A stretch of 64,000 nucleotides of DNA. It comes from Candidatus Zixiibacteriota bacterium (lineage in GTDB: Bacteria > Zixibacteria > MSB-5A5 > GN15 > JACZUZ01). The stretch lies in NCBI GenBank assembly GCA_024280835.1, contig JAJRPJ010000006.1:358098-422097 (forward strand), read 5' to 3'. Positions 9,576 through 19,204 of the stretch are shown here, piece after piece; position 1 is the stretch's first letter, and each line of letters begins with the position of its first letter. Both the position numbers and the translations under genes were made by a program. The notes beneath the pieces are model-generated. The model saw only the letters and a program-made list of their open reading frames with translations. It ran no database searches and was not told where the DNA came from.

Positions 9576-10637
9576 CTAGTTTAACTTCTTAAGAATGCTA
9601 TTATTGTCGCTAGTGGATTTTGGTTTGAGTGTGTAGAAAATCGAAAACGAAACAGAATAGCTGGTGGTATACTGTGTGCCTTGTAATTCACGCCAGAGCG
9701 GGATTTGTCCAGAGCTTCGCACCGAAATTACATCATTGAGTTTGAGATTCACGCCAGGGGAGAAGTTGATCCATTTACCACCTGAATTATCTGCAGGATT
9801 ATCTAGGGTTTGATCAATGCGTGTCGAGCGATAGCGCAGACCCGCTGTAGTATTCAAGCGTGAGCTAAGACGAATGCCAGCTCCCGCGGTAGTGAGCAAT
9901 TCATTGCCGAACCGATAACCACCGAGACCGTCACCGAAGAAACTATTATTGGCGCTAGTAACTCGATATGTAGCGCTTGCAAAAACATTCAAACCCAAAC
10001 TGCGATTCATGACACTTGTCGCCGAACCCCAGAAGATACCATCCCAAGCGCCAGTTCCAGGCTGCATTGTCGCGGCAATCAAAGTGTTATTATCATTGAG
10101 AATCCCGGAACTACCGAGTGGTCCTTTGATTCCGCCACCAATCGCCAATTGTGTTCGCGCCAGAGCTGATGGACTAAGCAAGCTATATTTGAACAGCAAC
10201 ATCGCATCACCAAAACCGCTAGTGCGCAAAAACTCACTCTGACCGCCTAGCCCAAAAGGAGTCGAGGTGGAGCGCTCTTGTTGCAAAAATGTCAGCAGCG
10301 CCGAAATCGTAATCCTGTCACTGAATCCATAGTCAACTTGCAACAACCCAGAAGCCACAGTTCTATCACGAATGTCATCATTCAGCTCAGTTTTGAATGT
10401 CACAAAATCAGAAACCGAACTGTATTCAGTCGTCATACTAAACTGCCAAACTCCTGCGGCTGTCGAAGGGGATTCCAACGAACTCAAAAGTGGCGGGCCG
10501 CCACAACTGCACTGCGCATAGAGGTTGGGTGTTTCAATCAGTAGAAAGACAATCAGGAGAAGAACAATCAAGAGGGCTTTTCCCAATATCTTTTTTAGAT
10601 ACAAATAGCAATAGCGCTGGGTATTATTCAAAATCAA
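9576..10637 (-). CDS. putative outer-membrane beta-barrel channel protein
   Basis: Hydrophobic signal sequence ending YAQC, then an alternating-strand, Gly/Ser/Thr/aromatic-rich sequence throughout. No ATG at the N-terminus, so the exact start (TTG) is uncertain. Confidence 0.55.
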   Translation of the reverse strand: MILNNTQRYCYLYLKKILGKALLIVLLLIVFLLIETPNLYAQCSCGGPPLLSSLESPSTAAGVWQFSMTTEYSSVSDFVTFKTELNDDIRDRTVASGLLQVDYGFSDRITISALLTFLQQERSTSTPFGLGGQSEFLRTSGFGDAMLLFKYSLLSPSALARTQLAIGGGIKGPLGSSGILNDNNTLIAATMQPGTGAWDGIFWGSATSVMNRSLGLNVFASATYRVTSANNSFFGDGLGGYRFGNELLTTAGAGIRLSSRLNTTAGLRYRSTRIDQTLDNPADNSGGKWINFSPGVNLKLNDVISVRSSGQIPLWRELQGTQYTTSYSVSFSIFYTLKPKSTSDNNSILKKLN

Positions 10638-10847
10638 GTTTCCAGTGAGGGATGTTCAAGTGGTGACAATAGTTTTGAGAGAAGCAAGAAAGTTAGACAA
10701 TCGAGTTATAATCTTGCCCTGCCAGGACCGTACGCGCTATAACTACCAGAACCGCGAAACTGTTCCAGCGAGATTATTAGGAGAGATTGCTAGGCGGGAG
10801 ATTGCTCGACTTTAGGTAATATCGAAGTAATAGCGTACATTAGACGC

Positions 10848-11720
10848 ATGAAAAAAAACAAAAAATACCTAGGCCCTAATATTGGCGCCAAGTTCATTAT
10901 TCTGATGGGTATGACCCTCACTCTAAGTAGCTGCGCTCTGTTCGGCGCCAAAGAAAGCGGCATCGCTCTTTCACCAAAAGATTGGAAAGTTAGCTCCTCA
11001 GAGCCGCAAACGACTCTCGCTGAGTACTATGCCAAGTTTTCAGAACTGCCTCGAAGAGCGGATCTAATCGCCTGCGCAGCTGGCGGGCACATGAGCATGA
11101 AAACTGGAGCCGCCGAACCTGTTTCGGTATTCTTCTATCCCAAAGACAAGGCCACAGATATTCGTATTTTCGAGGCAAAATCACTGCAAACCGATACGCT
11201 GGATTTTGCCAATTTCGAGGAAAAACGCTGGCCAGTTGACCCTGTTTTCAATGGATACTTACGCAGATACCGCACAGACTATCTCAAAAGAGAAACTTGG
11301 ATGGTCATCACTAGCGTGACCAATGATACCCTGCATACTTCAGGAATGATTCACCTCAGAGTAGATACCCAGCCAACGAAAATAGACATGATGGGGGTTT
11401 CCATGGCCGAAGCCACTGATGGTTTGCAATTCCAATGGCCAGATGACTCAACCGCTGCTGCTCAATTCACAGATTCCAGTCCTGCGGATGCCGTTTACTT
11501 CGAAGTCGTCTCAAACTCTGCCGGTGATTTGGTCTCTGGGACCTATACTCGTCAGCCGAATTTCACCTTCTACGACACCAAGAATGTATTTATCAACATC
11601 CGCGACATTGACCCACCACCATCGCTGGAATCGGGCCAAAATTACGAATTTATGGTCATGGCTGTCAGCGGCGATAATTGGGTCAATCGCATCCTCAAGA
11701 GAGAGTTTGTAGCTCCATAA
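10848..11720 (+). CDS. hypothetical lipoprotein
   Basis: Lipobox LTLSSC after a basic N-terminus. No recognisable catalytic motif. Confidence 0.6.
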   Translation: MKKNKKYLGPNIGAKFIILMGMTLTLSSCALFGAKESGIALSPKDWKVSSSEPQTTLAEYYAKFSELPRRADLIACAAGGHMSMKTGAAEPVSVFFYPKDKATDIRIFEAKSLQTDTLDFANFEEKRWPVDPVFNGYLRRYRTDYLKRETWMVITSVTNDTLHTSGMIHLRVDTQPTKIDMMGVSMAEATDGLQFQWPDDSTAAAQFTDSSPADAVYFEVVSNSAGDLVSGTYTRQPNFTFYDTKNVFINIRDIDPPPSLESGQNYEFMVMAVSGDNWVNRILKREFVAP

Positions 11721-11990
11721 ATCTCCAATCTTGGAGCAATGCGAATAGCTGTGTCGACGTAAGTCGTTGTCGGACAATTCATAGCTGCGAGGTTCGGTGG
11801 GGTGGAATTTGGTAAAGCTGGGTCAAAAAACGTGTCCAAATCACCACATATCTCTTGCCAAACTGCCGATACTATAGTAGTATGAATTATTATGTTGACG
11901 GAGGTTGTGATGATGTTATGCAAATTTTTTACAAGCTGTTCATTACGTTCTGTCTTAGTGTTTAATCTTTAATTTTGTAGGAGTGTTTTC

Positions 11991-12203
11991 ATGTCAGAAC
12001 GTGAAATCGGAACAGTAAAGTGGTTTAATGCGGATAAGGGCTTCGGCTTTATTACGCGCGACGGCAAAAGCGATGTATTTGTACATCACAATGCCATTAC
12101 CGGCGATGGTTACAAGACCCTCGACGAAGGCCAAAAAGTTGAGTTCGAAATCGGCGAGACCGAAAACGGACTTCAGGCGCGCGACGTAACCGTTGTTAGC
12201 TAA
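11991..12203 (+). CDS. cold-shock protein (CspA family)
   Basis: RNP1 KGFGFI and RNP2 VFVHH motifs in 70 aa. GGAG sits upstream of the ATG, and about 270 nt of leader precede it. Confidence 0.95.
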   Translation: MSEREIGTVKWFNADKGFGFITRDGKSDVFVHHNAITGDGYKTLDEGQKVEFEIGETENGLQARDVTVVS

Positions 12204-12273
12204 AAAAATACTGGCTTCAAAGCTCAAAGTCGATATTGAGAAATAGCGACTAGGAGTCATAAAGATAGTAGGA

Positions 12274-12306
12274 AGCGGCCTCAATATTCTTGGGGCCGCT
12301 TTTTTG
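12274..12306 (+). terminator. intrinsic terminator after the cold-shock gene
   Basis: AGCGGCC / GGCCGCT stem followed by a T6 run. Confidence 0.8.
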
Positions 12307-12420
12307 TATCTCAGAGTTTTTGTATCTAAGGTTTATATATCTGAGTGTTTTTGTTTTTCAGGTTACTTTTCTTTCATAACTCACACTCTCTGGCTAATTC
12401 TATTTTCCCATGAGGTTGGC

Positions 12421-13839
12421 GTGTTCTTCAAACAGATATTTGAACCAAAACTAGCTCAGTTTGCCTATTTGCTCGGTTGCCCAAAATCAGGCGAAGCTCT
12501 CATCGTTGACCCCCAAAGAGATATCCAGCGCTATATTGAGATTGCTACAGAAAATAGCCTCAAAATAACTGCCGCGGCGGAAACTCATATCCATGCTGAC
12601 TACCTCTCAGGGTTGCGCGAATTCGCCGAAGCTGGCGCCAAAATCTATGCTTCAGATGAAGGTGATGAAAACTGGAAATACGAATGGCTCATCGGCAGTG
12701 ATTACGATTACCACCTACTAAAAGATGGCAATATAATTACTCTTGGCGAATTGACTGTTGTAGCCCAGCACACTCCTGGTCACACTCCCGAGCATTTGAT
12801 CTACAAAGTCTCCAAAGAGAAACAAGGAAACTCGCAAGAGACAGAAATCCTGATGGGCGATTTCGTTTTCGTTGGTGATGTTGGCCGGCCAGATTTACTT
12901 GAAACTGCCGCTGGAGTGACTGGCTCTATGGAAATCGGAGCCAAGCAGATGTTTGATTCGCTTCAACAGTTCAAAACTTTCCCCGCCGACTGGAAAATTT
13001 GGCCAGGGCATGGCGCAGGCAGCGCCTGTGGAAAAGCTCTTGGCTCGGCGCCGTTTTCAACTGTCTCTGATGAGCTAAGCTCCAACGCTGCGATATTGGT
13101 CGCCAGCGACTTTCAGCGTTTCAAAGATTATATTCTTGCAGACCAACCCGAGCCGCCACTCTATTTCGCTCGAATGAAACGCGAGAACCGCTTAGGTCCA
13201 GCAGTCTTAGGAGAATTACCTAGGCCGCAAGAATTGACCTTTGCCGAATTTCAGGAGCTGAGCGCCGAATCTGGGAATATCGTCTTGGATACCAGAAGTT
13301 GGGATGAGTTTCGGCACGGTCATACAGTGGGGGCCTTACACACCCCACTCAATAGCGCTTTCAATACAGTTGCAGGATGCTATGTCACAGAAAGTGACTG
13401 TATGATTTTGCTAGTTGAGCCCGAGCTTCTTGAAGAAGCCCTCACTGATCTAATTCGTATCGGGTTGGATAATGTTATCGGTTATTGTACACCCGAAGCG
13501 TTAGAGAATGCAGTTAAGCATGGTGTGACTCTGGCGAAGACAAAACAGATTTCAATTGATGAATACAATCGGCTTCGCAAGAATGGTGATTACTTAGCGC
13601 TCGATGTTCGGCGGGCTGAAGAGCTAAAAAACGTTGGCCTTATTCCTGGCGCTTACAATATCTCGCATACTCGATTGTTAGATAGGCTAGGTGAGCTTCC
13701 AGCGGAAAAGAAAATCCTAGTGAGTTGTCGCTCTGGAGTGCGGTCTTGTTATGCTAGCTCTTCATTGGAGAGGCATGGTTTTGAGGCGATTAATGTTGTC
13801 GGTGGTTACCTAGGTTGGCTCGAAAATGAGCCAACCTAG
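12421..13839 (+). CDS. MBL-fold persulfide-dioxygenase-like hydrolase fused to two rhodanese domains
   Basis: THIHADYLSG metallo-beta-lactamase motif. C-terminal rhodanese active-site loop CRSGVRS. GTG 12421 is preceded by GAGG. The track start at 12304 adds an implausible Cys/Phe-rich extension. Confidence 0.8.
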   Translation: MFFKQIFEPKLAQFAYLLGCPKSGEALIVDPQRDIQRYIEIATENSLKITAAAETHIHADYLSGLREFAEAGAKIYASDEGDENWKYEWLIGSDYDYHLLKDGNIITLGELTVVAQHTPGHTPEHLIYKVSKEKQGNSQETEILMGDFVFVGDVGRPDLLETAAGVTGSMEIGAKQMFDSLQQFKTFPADWKIWPGHGAGSACGKALGSAPFSTVSDELSSNAAILVASDFQRFKDYILADQPEPPLYFARMKRENRLGPAVLGELPRPQELTFAEFQELSAESGNIVLDTRSWDEFRHGHTVGALHTPLNSAFNTVAGCYVTESDCMILLVEPELLEEALTDLIRIGLDNVIGYCTPEALENAVKHGVTLAKTKQISIDEYNRLRKNGDYLALDVRRAEELKNVGLIPGAYNISHTRLLDRLGELPAEKKILVSCRSGVRSCYASSSLERHGFEAINVVGGYLGWLENEPT

Positions 13840-13896
13840 GTGTCCACAACGACAGTATTGTTCCGACAGTGTTGTTTGAACTATCAAGAGCTTTGC

Positions 13897-15996
13897 TTAA
13901 GTTGTAAACTCTCCAACGATAAGCTGTAGCTTTTCAGCTTGTCTGCTAAGGTCTTCTGCGGCTTGAGCGGACATTTCTGTTCCGCCTGCGGTTTCTTTTG
14001 CCATAGAGGAAATTTTGACAATTCCTTTGGCAATCTGCTCGGAAGCCGCTGACTGTTCTTCAGTTGCGGTCGCAATTTGGCGAATCATATCCATGACCTC
14101 GGTAGAAACAGTGACTATTTCGTCCAAACTTTCGCCAGCTTTCTCAGCTAGCAGACGACCACTCTTGACCTCATTGATTCCAGAATCCATCGAGTCGGCA
14201 GCTTCACCAGTGTCTTTTTGGATAGCTTTGATCATTTGGAATATCTCTTGTGTGGCGGTACCAGTCCGGTCAGCCAACTTTCGAACTTCATCAGCGACAA
14301 CTGCAAAGCCGCGGCCTTGCTCTCCAGCTCTAGCGGCTTCAATTGCAGCATTAAGAGCCAAAAGATTTGTTTGATCAGCGATGCCATCGATGACATCAAT
14401 AATTTCACCAATTTCTTCAGCAGAGGCAGAGAGCTTCTTGACCGAATCAGCAGAGTGCTCAACTATTTCCGCAATTGCCCCCATGCCCTGAGTCGTTTCG
14501 CCAACAATAGTTCCACCAGCGGAGGCTGTCTCCGATGCCATCCGTGAAGCTTCAGATGCTTTTTCTGCATTCATAGCCGCTTCCTGAATTGTGGCTGTCA
14601 TTTCTTCAACAGCAGCAGAAATCTGAGAAACTTCATTGGACTGACTATCGCTTGTGCGTGAGATTTGCTCTGAGGAAGAGGCGATTTCAGTTGCAGCAGA
14701 CGCCAACTCTGTGACAAGACTACCAAGTGTAGTGATTGTCTTATGCAAATTGCCCTGCATCAAACTGGCAGCCTTTTCGATAGCCGCCTTAGATTGAAGT
14801 GTCCCAGCGATAGCACGAGACAAATCACCGATTTCGTCCTTCGATTTATCGGCAATGACATCAACTTGGGAGACAACAACTTCCTTTGTTAAATCATTGC
14901 CTGCAATAGCTTCCATAACAACAACAAACTGTTCAAACTCCTTGGTCATTTGTTCCGTTTGGGAGACGCTTAGCTTGAGGGCGCCAGTGATTCGCCGAAT
15001 GATGACAAAAGCTAGAAAACCAGTAATGAGTAGCGAAAAGCAAATTGTGATGATTGAAATCATCAAAGCGCTATTGGCCAGAGATCTTTTCTCAACTGCA
15101 GAAGCAACAAAGTCACTAGCTAGTTTGTCTTCGACTTCTTTGAGTCGGTTAATCTTGGTAGTGATGGTCTTGAACCATTCTGATGCATCAACGCCGAACT
15201 TGCCGCTGACTGATTTTGAGTCGGCAATAGCGCGCATACTTTCAACACCGGCAATCGAAGGGTCTTTCATTGCGTTGAGATAGAAGCGCTTCTGCTCGGA
15301 TGATGCTTCTGGGAGAAACTCGCGAAAATATGTATCTTGTTCAGTTACCAGCGAAACAAATTTCCTATAAGTTCCTTTAGCAAATTTATCTGATGCAAAA
15401 GCGCCAGAAAGAACTGCACGCTCAATACCAGCCCGCTCTTTACCGCGCATGAATGTTACATAAGCCAATGCGCTCCAAGTCAGATCAATGTCACTGCTAA
15501 TTTGCGCCATTTGAGAAACGGCATTCAATAGAGCTGTATTGATGCCTGTATAATATGAGATAGCTTCTTTGGTTGGCACGCTTTGCGAAGAGACGGCGCT
15601 GCGCATAGAATTCAAGCCTGCTAGTTCTTGTGACGCTTTTTCTTCGGAATTCTGAAATTCGATTGGTAAAGCAAATTGCTTCAATTGGGTTTCAGCGATT
15701 TTCAATTCATCTAGACGCTCATTAACCTCTCTACGCTGAGAGATGATTTCGGAACTGAACTTTTCGCCATGACTGCTAAGAAAACCTGCTGTCATACCAC
15801 GTTCTTTTTGAACTTCATGCACCAAAGCTCCGGCCTTGGAGGCCCAGTTCGCAAGCCCTTCCAAAGTCGCCATCTCATCGGAAGTCTGCTTATTGATATG
15901 GTATTCGCCTACTGCAAAGTAGAGCGCCACTGCCAAAGGCAAAAGCGCCATTATCAGTAGTTTGTCTCTGATTCTAAGATTGTTCAACAGGTTCAT
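13897..15996 (-). CDS. methyl-accepting chemotaxis protein with NIT-type sensor domain and HAMP
   Basis: N-terminal ERGMTAGFLSS block typical of NIT domains, two TM segments, and the conserved signalling hairpin EAARAGEQGRGFAVVADEVRKLA. Confidence 0.88.
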   Translation of the reverse strand: MNLLNNLRIRDKLLIMALLPLAVALYFAVGEYHINKQTSDEMATLEGLANWASKAGALVHEVQKERGMTAGFLSSHGEKFSSEIISQRREVNERLDELKIAETQLKQFALPIEFQNSEEKASQELAGLNSMRSAVSSQSVPTKEAISYYTGINTALLNAVSQMAQISSDIDLTWSALAYVTFMRGKERAGIERAVLSGAFASDKFAKGTYRKFVSLVTEQDTYFREFLPEASSEQKRFYLNAMKDPSIAGVESMRAIADSKSVSGKFGVDASEWFKTITTKINRLKEVEDKLASDFVASAVEKRSLANSALMISIITICFSLLITGFLAFVIIRRITGALKLSVSQTEQMTKEFEQFVVVMEAIAGNDLTKEVVVSQVDVIADKSKDEIGDLSRAIAGTLQSKAAIEKAASLMQGNLHKTITTLGSLVTELASAATEIASSSEQISRTSDSQSNEVSQISAAVEEMTATIQEAAMNAEKASEASRMASETASAGGTIVGETTQGMGAIAEIVEHSADSVKKLSASAEEIGEIIDVIDGIADQTNLLALNAAIEAARAGEQGRGFAVVADEVRKLADRTGTATQEIFQMIKAIQKDTGEAADSMDSGINEVKSGRLLAEKAGESLDEIVTVSTEVMDMIRQIATATEEQSAASEQIAKGIVKISSMAKETAGGTEMSAQAAEDLSRQAEKLQLIVGEFTT

Positions 15997-16306
15997 GGTT
16001 TCCCCTCGGCATGTGGTTACGGCCTTGCCATTGCCCTTTGGCTCGGCCCTATTTTTTCAATAGTGTTCTTTGGGTTTGAGTATAGATGACCCTAAACTCA
16101 ACTTATCTTTCCGTTTGTATCTATATCGGATTTCCTTTGGGAGCAGATAGAATTTCAGATAACAATTTCTAGAAAGTAAGAACATTGAACACTGAAGTTT
16201 GATTCGTTCTGGTCATACAGAGCCAAAATGGAACAAATACTCTATACGGGGCGGTTTCCATCTCGACGGAACCACAAGAATGGGGCCTCTCAGTAAGTTT
16301 TACACC

Positions 16307-16334
16307 TTGACTCGAATTACTCAGAGTGTATATA
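16307..16334 (+). promoter_or_regulatory. sigma70-like promoter for the Rrf2 gene
   Basis: TTGACT (16307-16312), 16-nt spacer, TATATA (16329-16334), about 100 nt upstream of ATG 16433. Confidence 0.4.
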
Positions 16335-16432
16335 GAACGTGATGTTTGAGTTGTTGAGTAACTATTTGTTGAGTAAAGCTTTGTTAAGCAATCATAGTGT
16401 TTAGTAATATATAGCAATGAGGGTTTTGCCAA

Positions 16433-16879
16433 ATGATATTTTCACCGACCAGTCAGTATGCGCTTCGTGCGTTAATCTACCTTGCAACGCACGAACAATC
16501 TGGGCCAGTGCTCGGCAGAACAATCGCAGAGTCCGAAAGTATTCCGAAACAGTTTCTTTCAAAGATTCTACATAACCTGCGCAACAAAGGATTGATTCGT
16601 TCGACTATGGGGCCAGGCGGCGGTTATCAATTGGCTCGACCAGCAAGTGAGATAACTGTGCTGCAAGTAGTCGTAGCAGTTGAAGGACCGCTCAATCTCG
16701 AAGAAGTATGTGTGCTGGGGTTGGATAAGTGTGACGACAAAGAACACTGCGCTTTGCACGATCAATGGAAGGCTTTTAAAGAGCGCTTCATCTCAAAAAT
16801 TACCACCATGACTCTTGATAGCGCAGGTTCAGTGCTAATCCGTAAGCGGAAAAACTCTCCTAAGAGGAAAAAGAAATAA
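16433..16879 (+). CDS. Rrf2-family transcriptional regulator
   Basis: N-terminal winged-helix SQYALRALIYLA ... IPKQFLSKILHNLRNKGLI. Cys-containing C-terminal part (CVLGLDKCDDKEHC). Confidence 0.88.
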   Translation: MIFSPTSQYALRALIYLATHEQSGPVLGRTIAESESIPKQFLSKILHNLRNKGLIRSTMGPGGGYQLARPASEITVLQVVVAVEGPLNLEEVCVLGLDKCDDKEHCALHDQWKAFKERFISKITTMTLDSAGSVLIRKRKNSPKRKKK

Positions 16880-16896
16880 GATGGCCTAGTTATATA

Positions 16897-17493
16897 CTAC
16901 TTAACTTTTTGATTTTCGTAGTAGAACGCGCCAGGGAAATCCTGTTCAGCCTCTTTTTTCTTAGCAGACCAAGAGTCGATTGCTATTTCAAAAACACTTA
17001 TCTCTCGAATCTCTTTGTCTGTGATGGGACGATAGTCGGCTCCTGTCTCCAGATGAGCGAAATACTTCTTGATGAACAAGCTCATCATTTCAGTTGCTTG
17101 AGTCATATCCGTTATGATACTAGCGTGTCCATAGACGATAACACTAGCATACTCGACACTCATTTCACGAGCGGTGTCTGCAGGCAATAACCTTCCCATC
17201 TCGGCAACCGTAAAACAAACTTTGCTGTTTTCTTCAACTGCTTTTCGCAAATGACCATTTATCGCGGTGTGCATATATATAACGTGAGCTTCTGGGTCAT
17301 AGCAAAAAGTATTGTGTGTCAAAAACGGCTGATCGCCAAGAGTAGTTGCCAAAACTCCCATGGGCGTCACTTTGAGAAAATCTCTAATCCACTTCTCATC
17401 TGTAACTTTCCTATCTGCGCGGCGCATGCACGGTGGCAATGTCTGCTCTACTTTGACTATTCGCTCGTCTGAATTCTTATTCTCATGTTTCAT
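16897..17493 (-). CDS. pyridoxamine 5'-phosphate oxidase-like FMN-binding protein
   Basis: Split-barrel PNPOx-like pattern (GVLATT ... PFLTHNTFCYD ... VCFTVAE). Confidence 0.6.
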   Translation of the reverse strand: MKHENKNSDERIVKVEQTLPPCMRRADRKVTDEKWIRDFLKVTPMGVLATTLGDQPFLTHNTFCYDPEAHVIYMHTAINGHLRKAVEENSKVCFTVAEMGRLLPADTAREMSVEYASVIVYGHASIITDMTQATEMMSLFIKKYFAHLETGADYRPITDKEIREISVFEIAIDSWSAKKKEAEQDFPGAFYYENQKVK

Positions 17494-17497
17494 GATC

Positions 17498-18448
17498 TCA
17501 ATTATTCTCCAAGCTAAGATTGTCTTGTTTAATTGCTTGTGATTGTTTCTTGGACCGCACGATGATTATTACAGCAGTAACAATTACCAGTGAACAACCA
17601 AATGTCCAAAGTGTGAATGGTTCATTCGCAAATACCGTCCCCAAGACAAGCGCCAAAACTGGATTGATATAAGCATAAGTAGCGACTTTAGCGGGAGTAG
17701 AGGCTTTCAAAAGCCAAATGTAAACCCCAAAAGCAAAAGAGCCGATGGTTGTCAAAAATACAAATCCCAAGAAAGACTTGAGTGACACTTGAGAAATCGC
17801 AAAAGTTGTAAACTCACCACTCAAAGCAGAAATCAATATCAAAACAGCTCCGCCAACTGTCATTTGCATTCCCACAGCCATAGTTTGTGATTTTGGCGAA
17901 GGAGCGTAACGCGAATAAACTGAACCAGTCGCCCAACACAAAGTAGCAAAGACAATCACCAATGCGCCAAGTGGATCGATTGATCCTCCCGTTGAAATGT
18001 TTAGTGGATTAATCAATAGTAACAATCCAAGAAACCCCAGCGCCAAACCCAATGACGTGACCTTGGACGGGCGCGTGCCGCCTGGTCGAATCCAATCCGC
18101 CAAAACAATCCATAGCGGAACTACAGCGACTATTAAAGCCGCCAAACCTGATGGCACAAATTGTTCAGCCCAACTAATCCCACCGTTACCAAAAACAATC
18201 AAGCCCATCCCAACTAAAGCCGCAGGTAGCCAATGCTTTTTCTTTGGGCTTTCGGCGCCGCGAAACTTTGCCCAAGCAAAAAACATCATCCCTCCAATAA
18301 AAAACCTGATACCTGCGGACATAAAAGGAGGAATCGTTTCAACTACAAAGCGAATAGCCAGATAGGTCGAACTCCAAACCAAATAAATGGTGGCAAACCC
18401 AAGAATGATTTGAGTTTTAGTGGCCTTTACCTCAGTCATGCGAATCAC
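17498..18448 (-). CDS. EamA/DMT-family transporter
   Basis: About ten hydrophobic segments in two EamA-like halves. Lies 4 nt upstream of the PNPOx-like gene. Confidence 0.8.
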   Translation of the reverse strand: MIRMTEVKATKTQIILGFATIYLVWSSTYLAIRFVVETIPPFMSAGIRFFIGGMMFFAWAKFRGAESPKKKHWLPAALVGMGLIVFGNGGISWAEQFVPSGLAALIVAVVPLWIVLADWIRPGGTRPSKVTSLGLALGFLGLLLLINPLNISTGGSIDPLGALVIVFATLCWATGSVYSRYAPSPKSQTMAVGMQMTVGGAVLILISALSGEFTTFAISQVSLKSFLGFVFLTTIGSFAFGVYIWLLKASTPAKVATYAYINPVLALVLGTVFANEPFTLWTFGCSLVIVTAVIIIVRSKKQSQAIKQDNLSLENN

Positions 18449-18959
18449 CAGTTGGAACTTGACGCCTGTTAGCTCGGCTTGCTTTGGTTTTGCAATCTGT
18501 CAATGGAATAGCGCAGGTTTCTTTGAATGACTGCATCACTATTGTTGTGCGCGTGGATGTCACTGATTCTATAGCGCCAATTTTATCGCGCAATACGACG
18601 CTTAATGACTCGGTGTCCCTAGTACGGACTTTCACCAAATAGCAGTCTTCACCTGCGACATTAAAAACTTCCTGAGCCTCGGGAATACTCGCCAAATCTG
18701 CCCCCGCATCACCAACTCCAGGCAACTCATCGGTGCGCACATGAATGAAAGCCACCAATCCATAGTCCAGAGCAGCGCCATTCAAACGCGCTTCAATTTT
18801 TTGAATCACACCCCGTTCTTTGAGCTTCTTAAGTCGTTCGGATGTCGCGGAAGGCGCCAGTTCCACTCGCGCCGCAATTTCCTTATTGGCCATACGGCCG
18901 TCTTCCTGCAAGGCCAGTAATATCTGTAAGTCTGTATCGTCTATTAGGCAATTATTCAT
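18432..18959 (-). CDS. Lrp/AsnC-family transcriptional regulator
   Basis: DDTDLQILLALQEDGRMANKEIAARVELAPSATSERLKKLKERGVI HTH plus a RAM domain. ATG 18959 is preceded by AGGAGG. The stop overlaps the EamA start by 17 nt. Confidence 0.88.
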   Translation of the reverse strand: MNNCLIDDTDLQILLALQEDGRMANKEIAARVELAPSATSERLKKLKERGVIQKIEARLNGAALDYGLVAFIHVRTDELPGVGDAGADLASIPEAQEVFNVAGEDCYLVKVRTRDTESLSVVLRDKIGAIESVTSTRTTIVMQSFKETCAIPLTDCKTKASRANRRQVPTGDSHD

Positions 18960-19204
18960 ATTAGCCTCCTCTTTCGATCGTACAATAGCACTAAATACTC
19001 CAAAAGTCAAGAATAAATGAACAAAGTCTTGTGATATATCAAATAAGATGAATATAATCATGTATCTATGGGCTTATGGGTGTTTAGTCATGGCTGGTCC
19101 AGAAGTAGTCCCTATGTTCGAAAATTCTTGGCAAAAAGACCAGTAACCATATATTACCTACAGGATAGTACCACTCGTTAGACCAAAACCTTCGGGACCA
19201 AGAC

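Noticed and set aside
12304-12420. N-terminal extension of the MBL-rhodanese ORF (MYLRVFVSKVYISECFCF...). Similar track extensions occur at 468, 1447, 18960-19061, 23850-23948, 32626, 36278, 43130 and 61541-61588.
   Set aside because: The extensions overlap upstream genes or terminators, have implausible composition, and lie upstream of in-frame starts that have better RBSs and coincide with the conserved N-termini of the families.
12421-13839. The MBL + double-rhodanese fusion as a novel architecture.
   Set aside because: Persulfide dioxygenase-rhodanese fusions (CstB/Blh-like) are an established architecture, so this is ordinary sulfur-detoxification biology.
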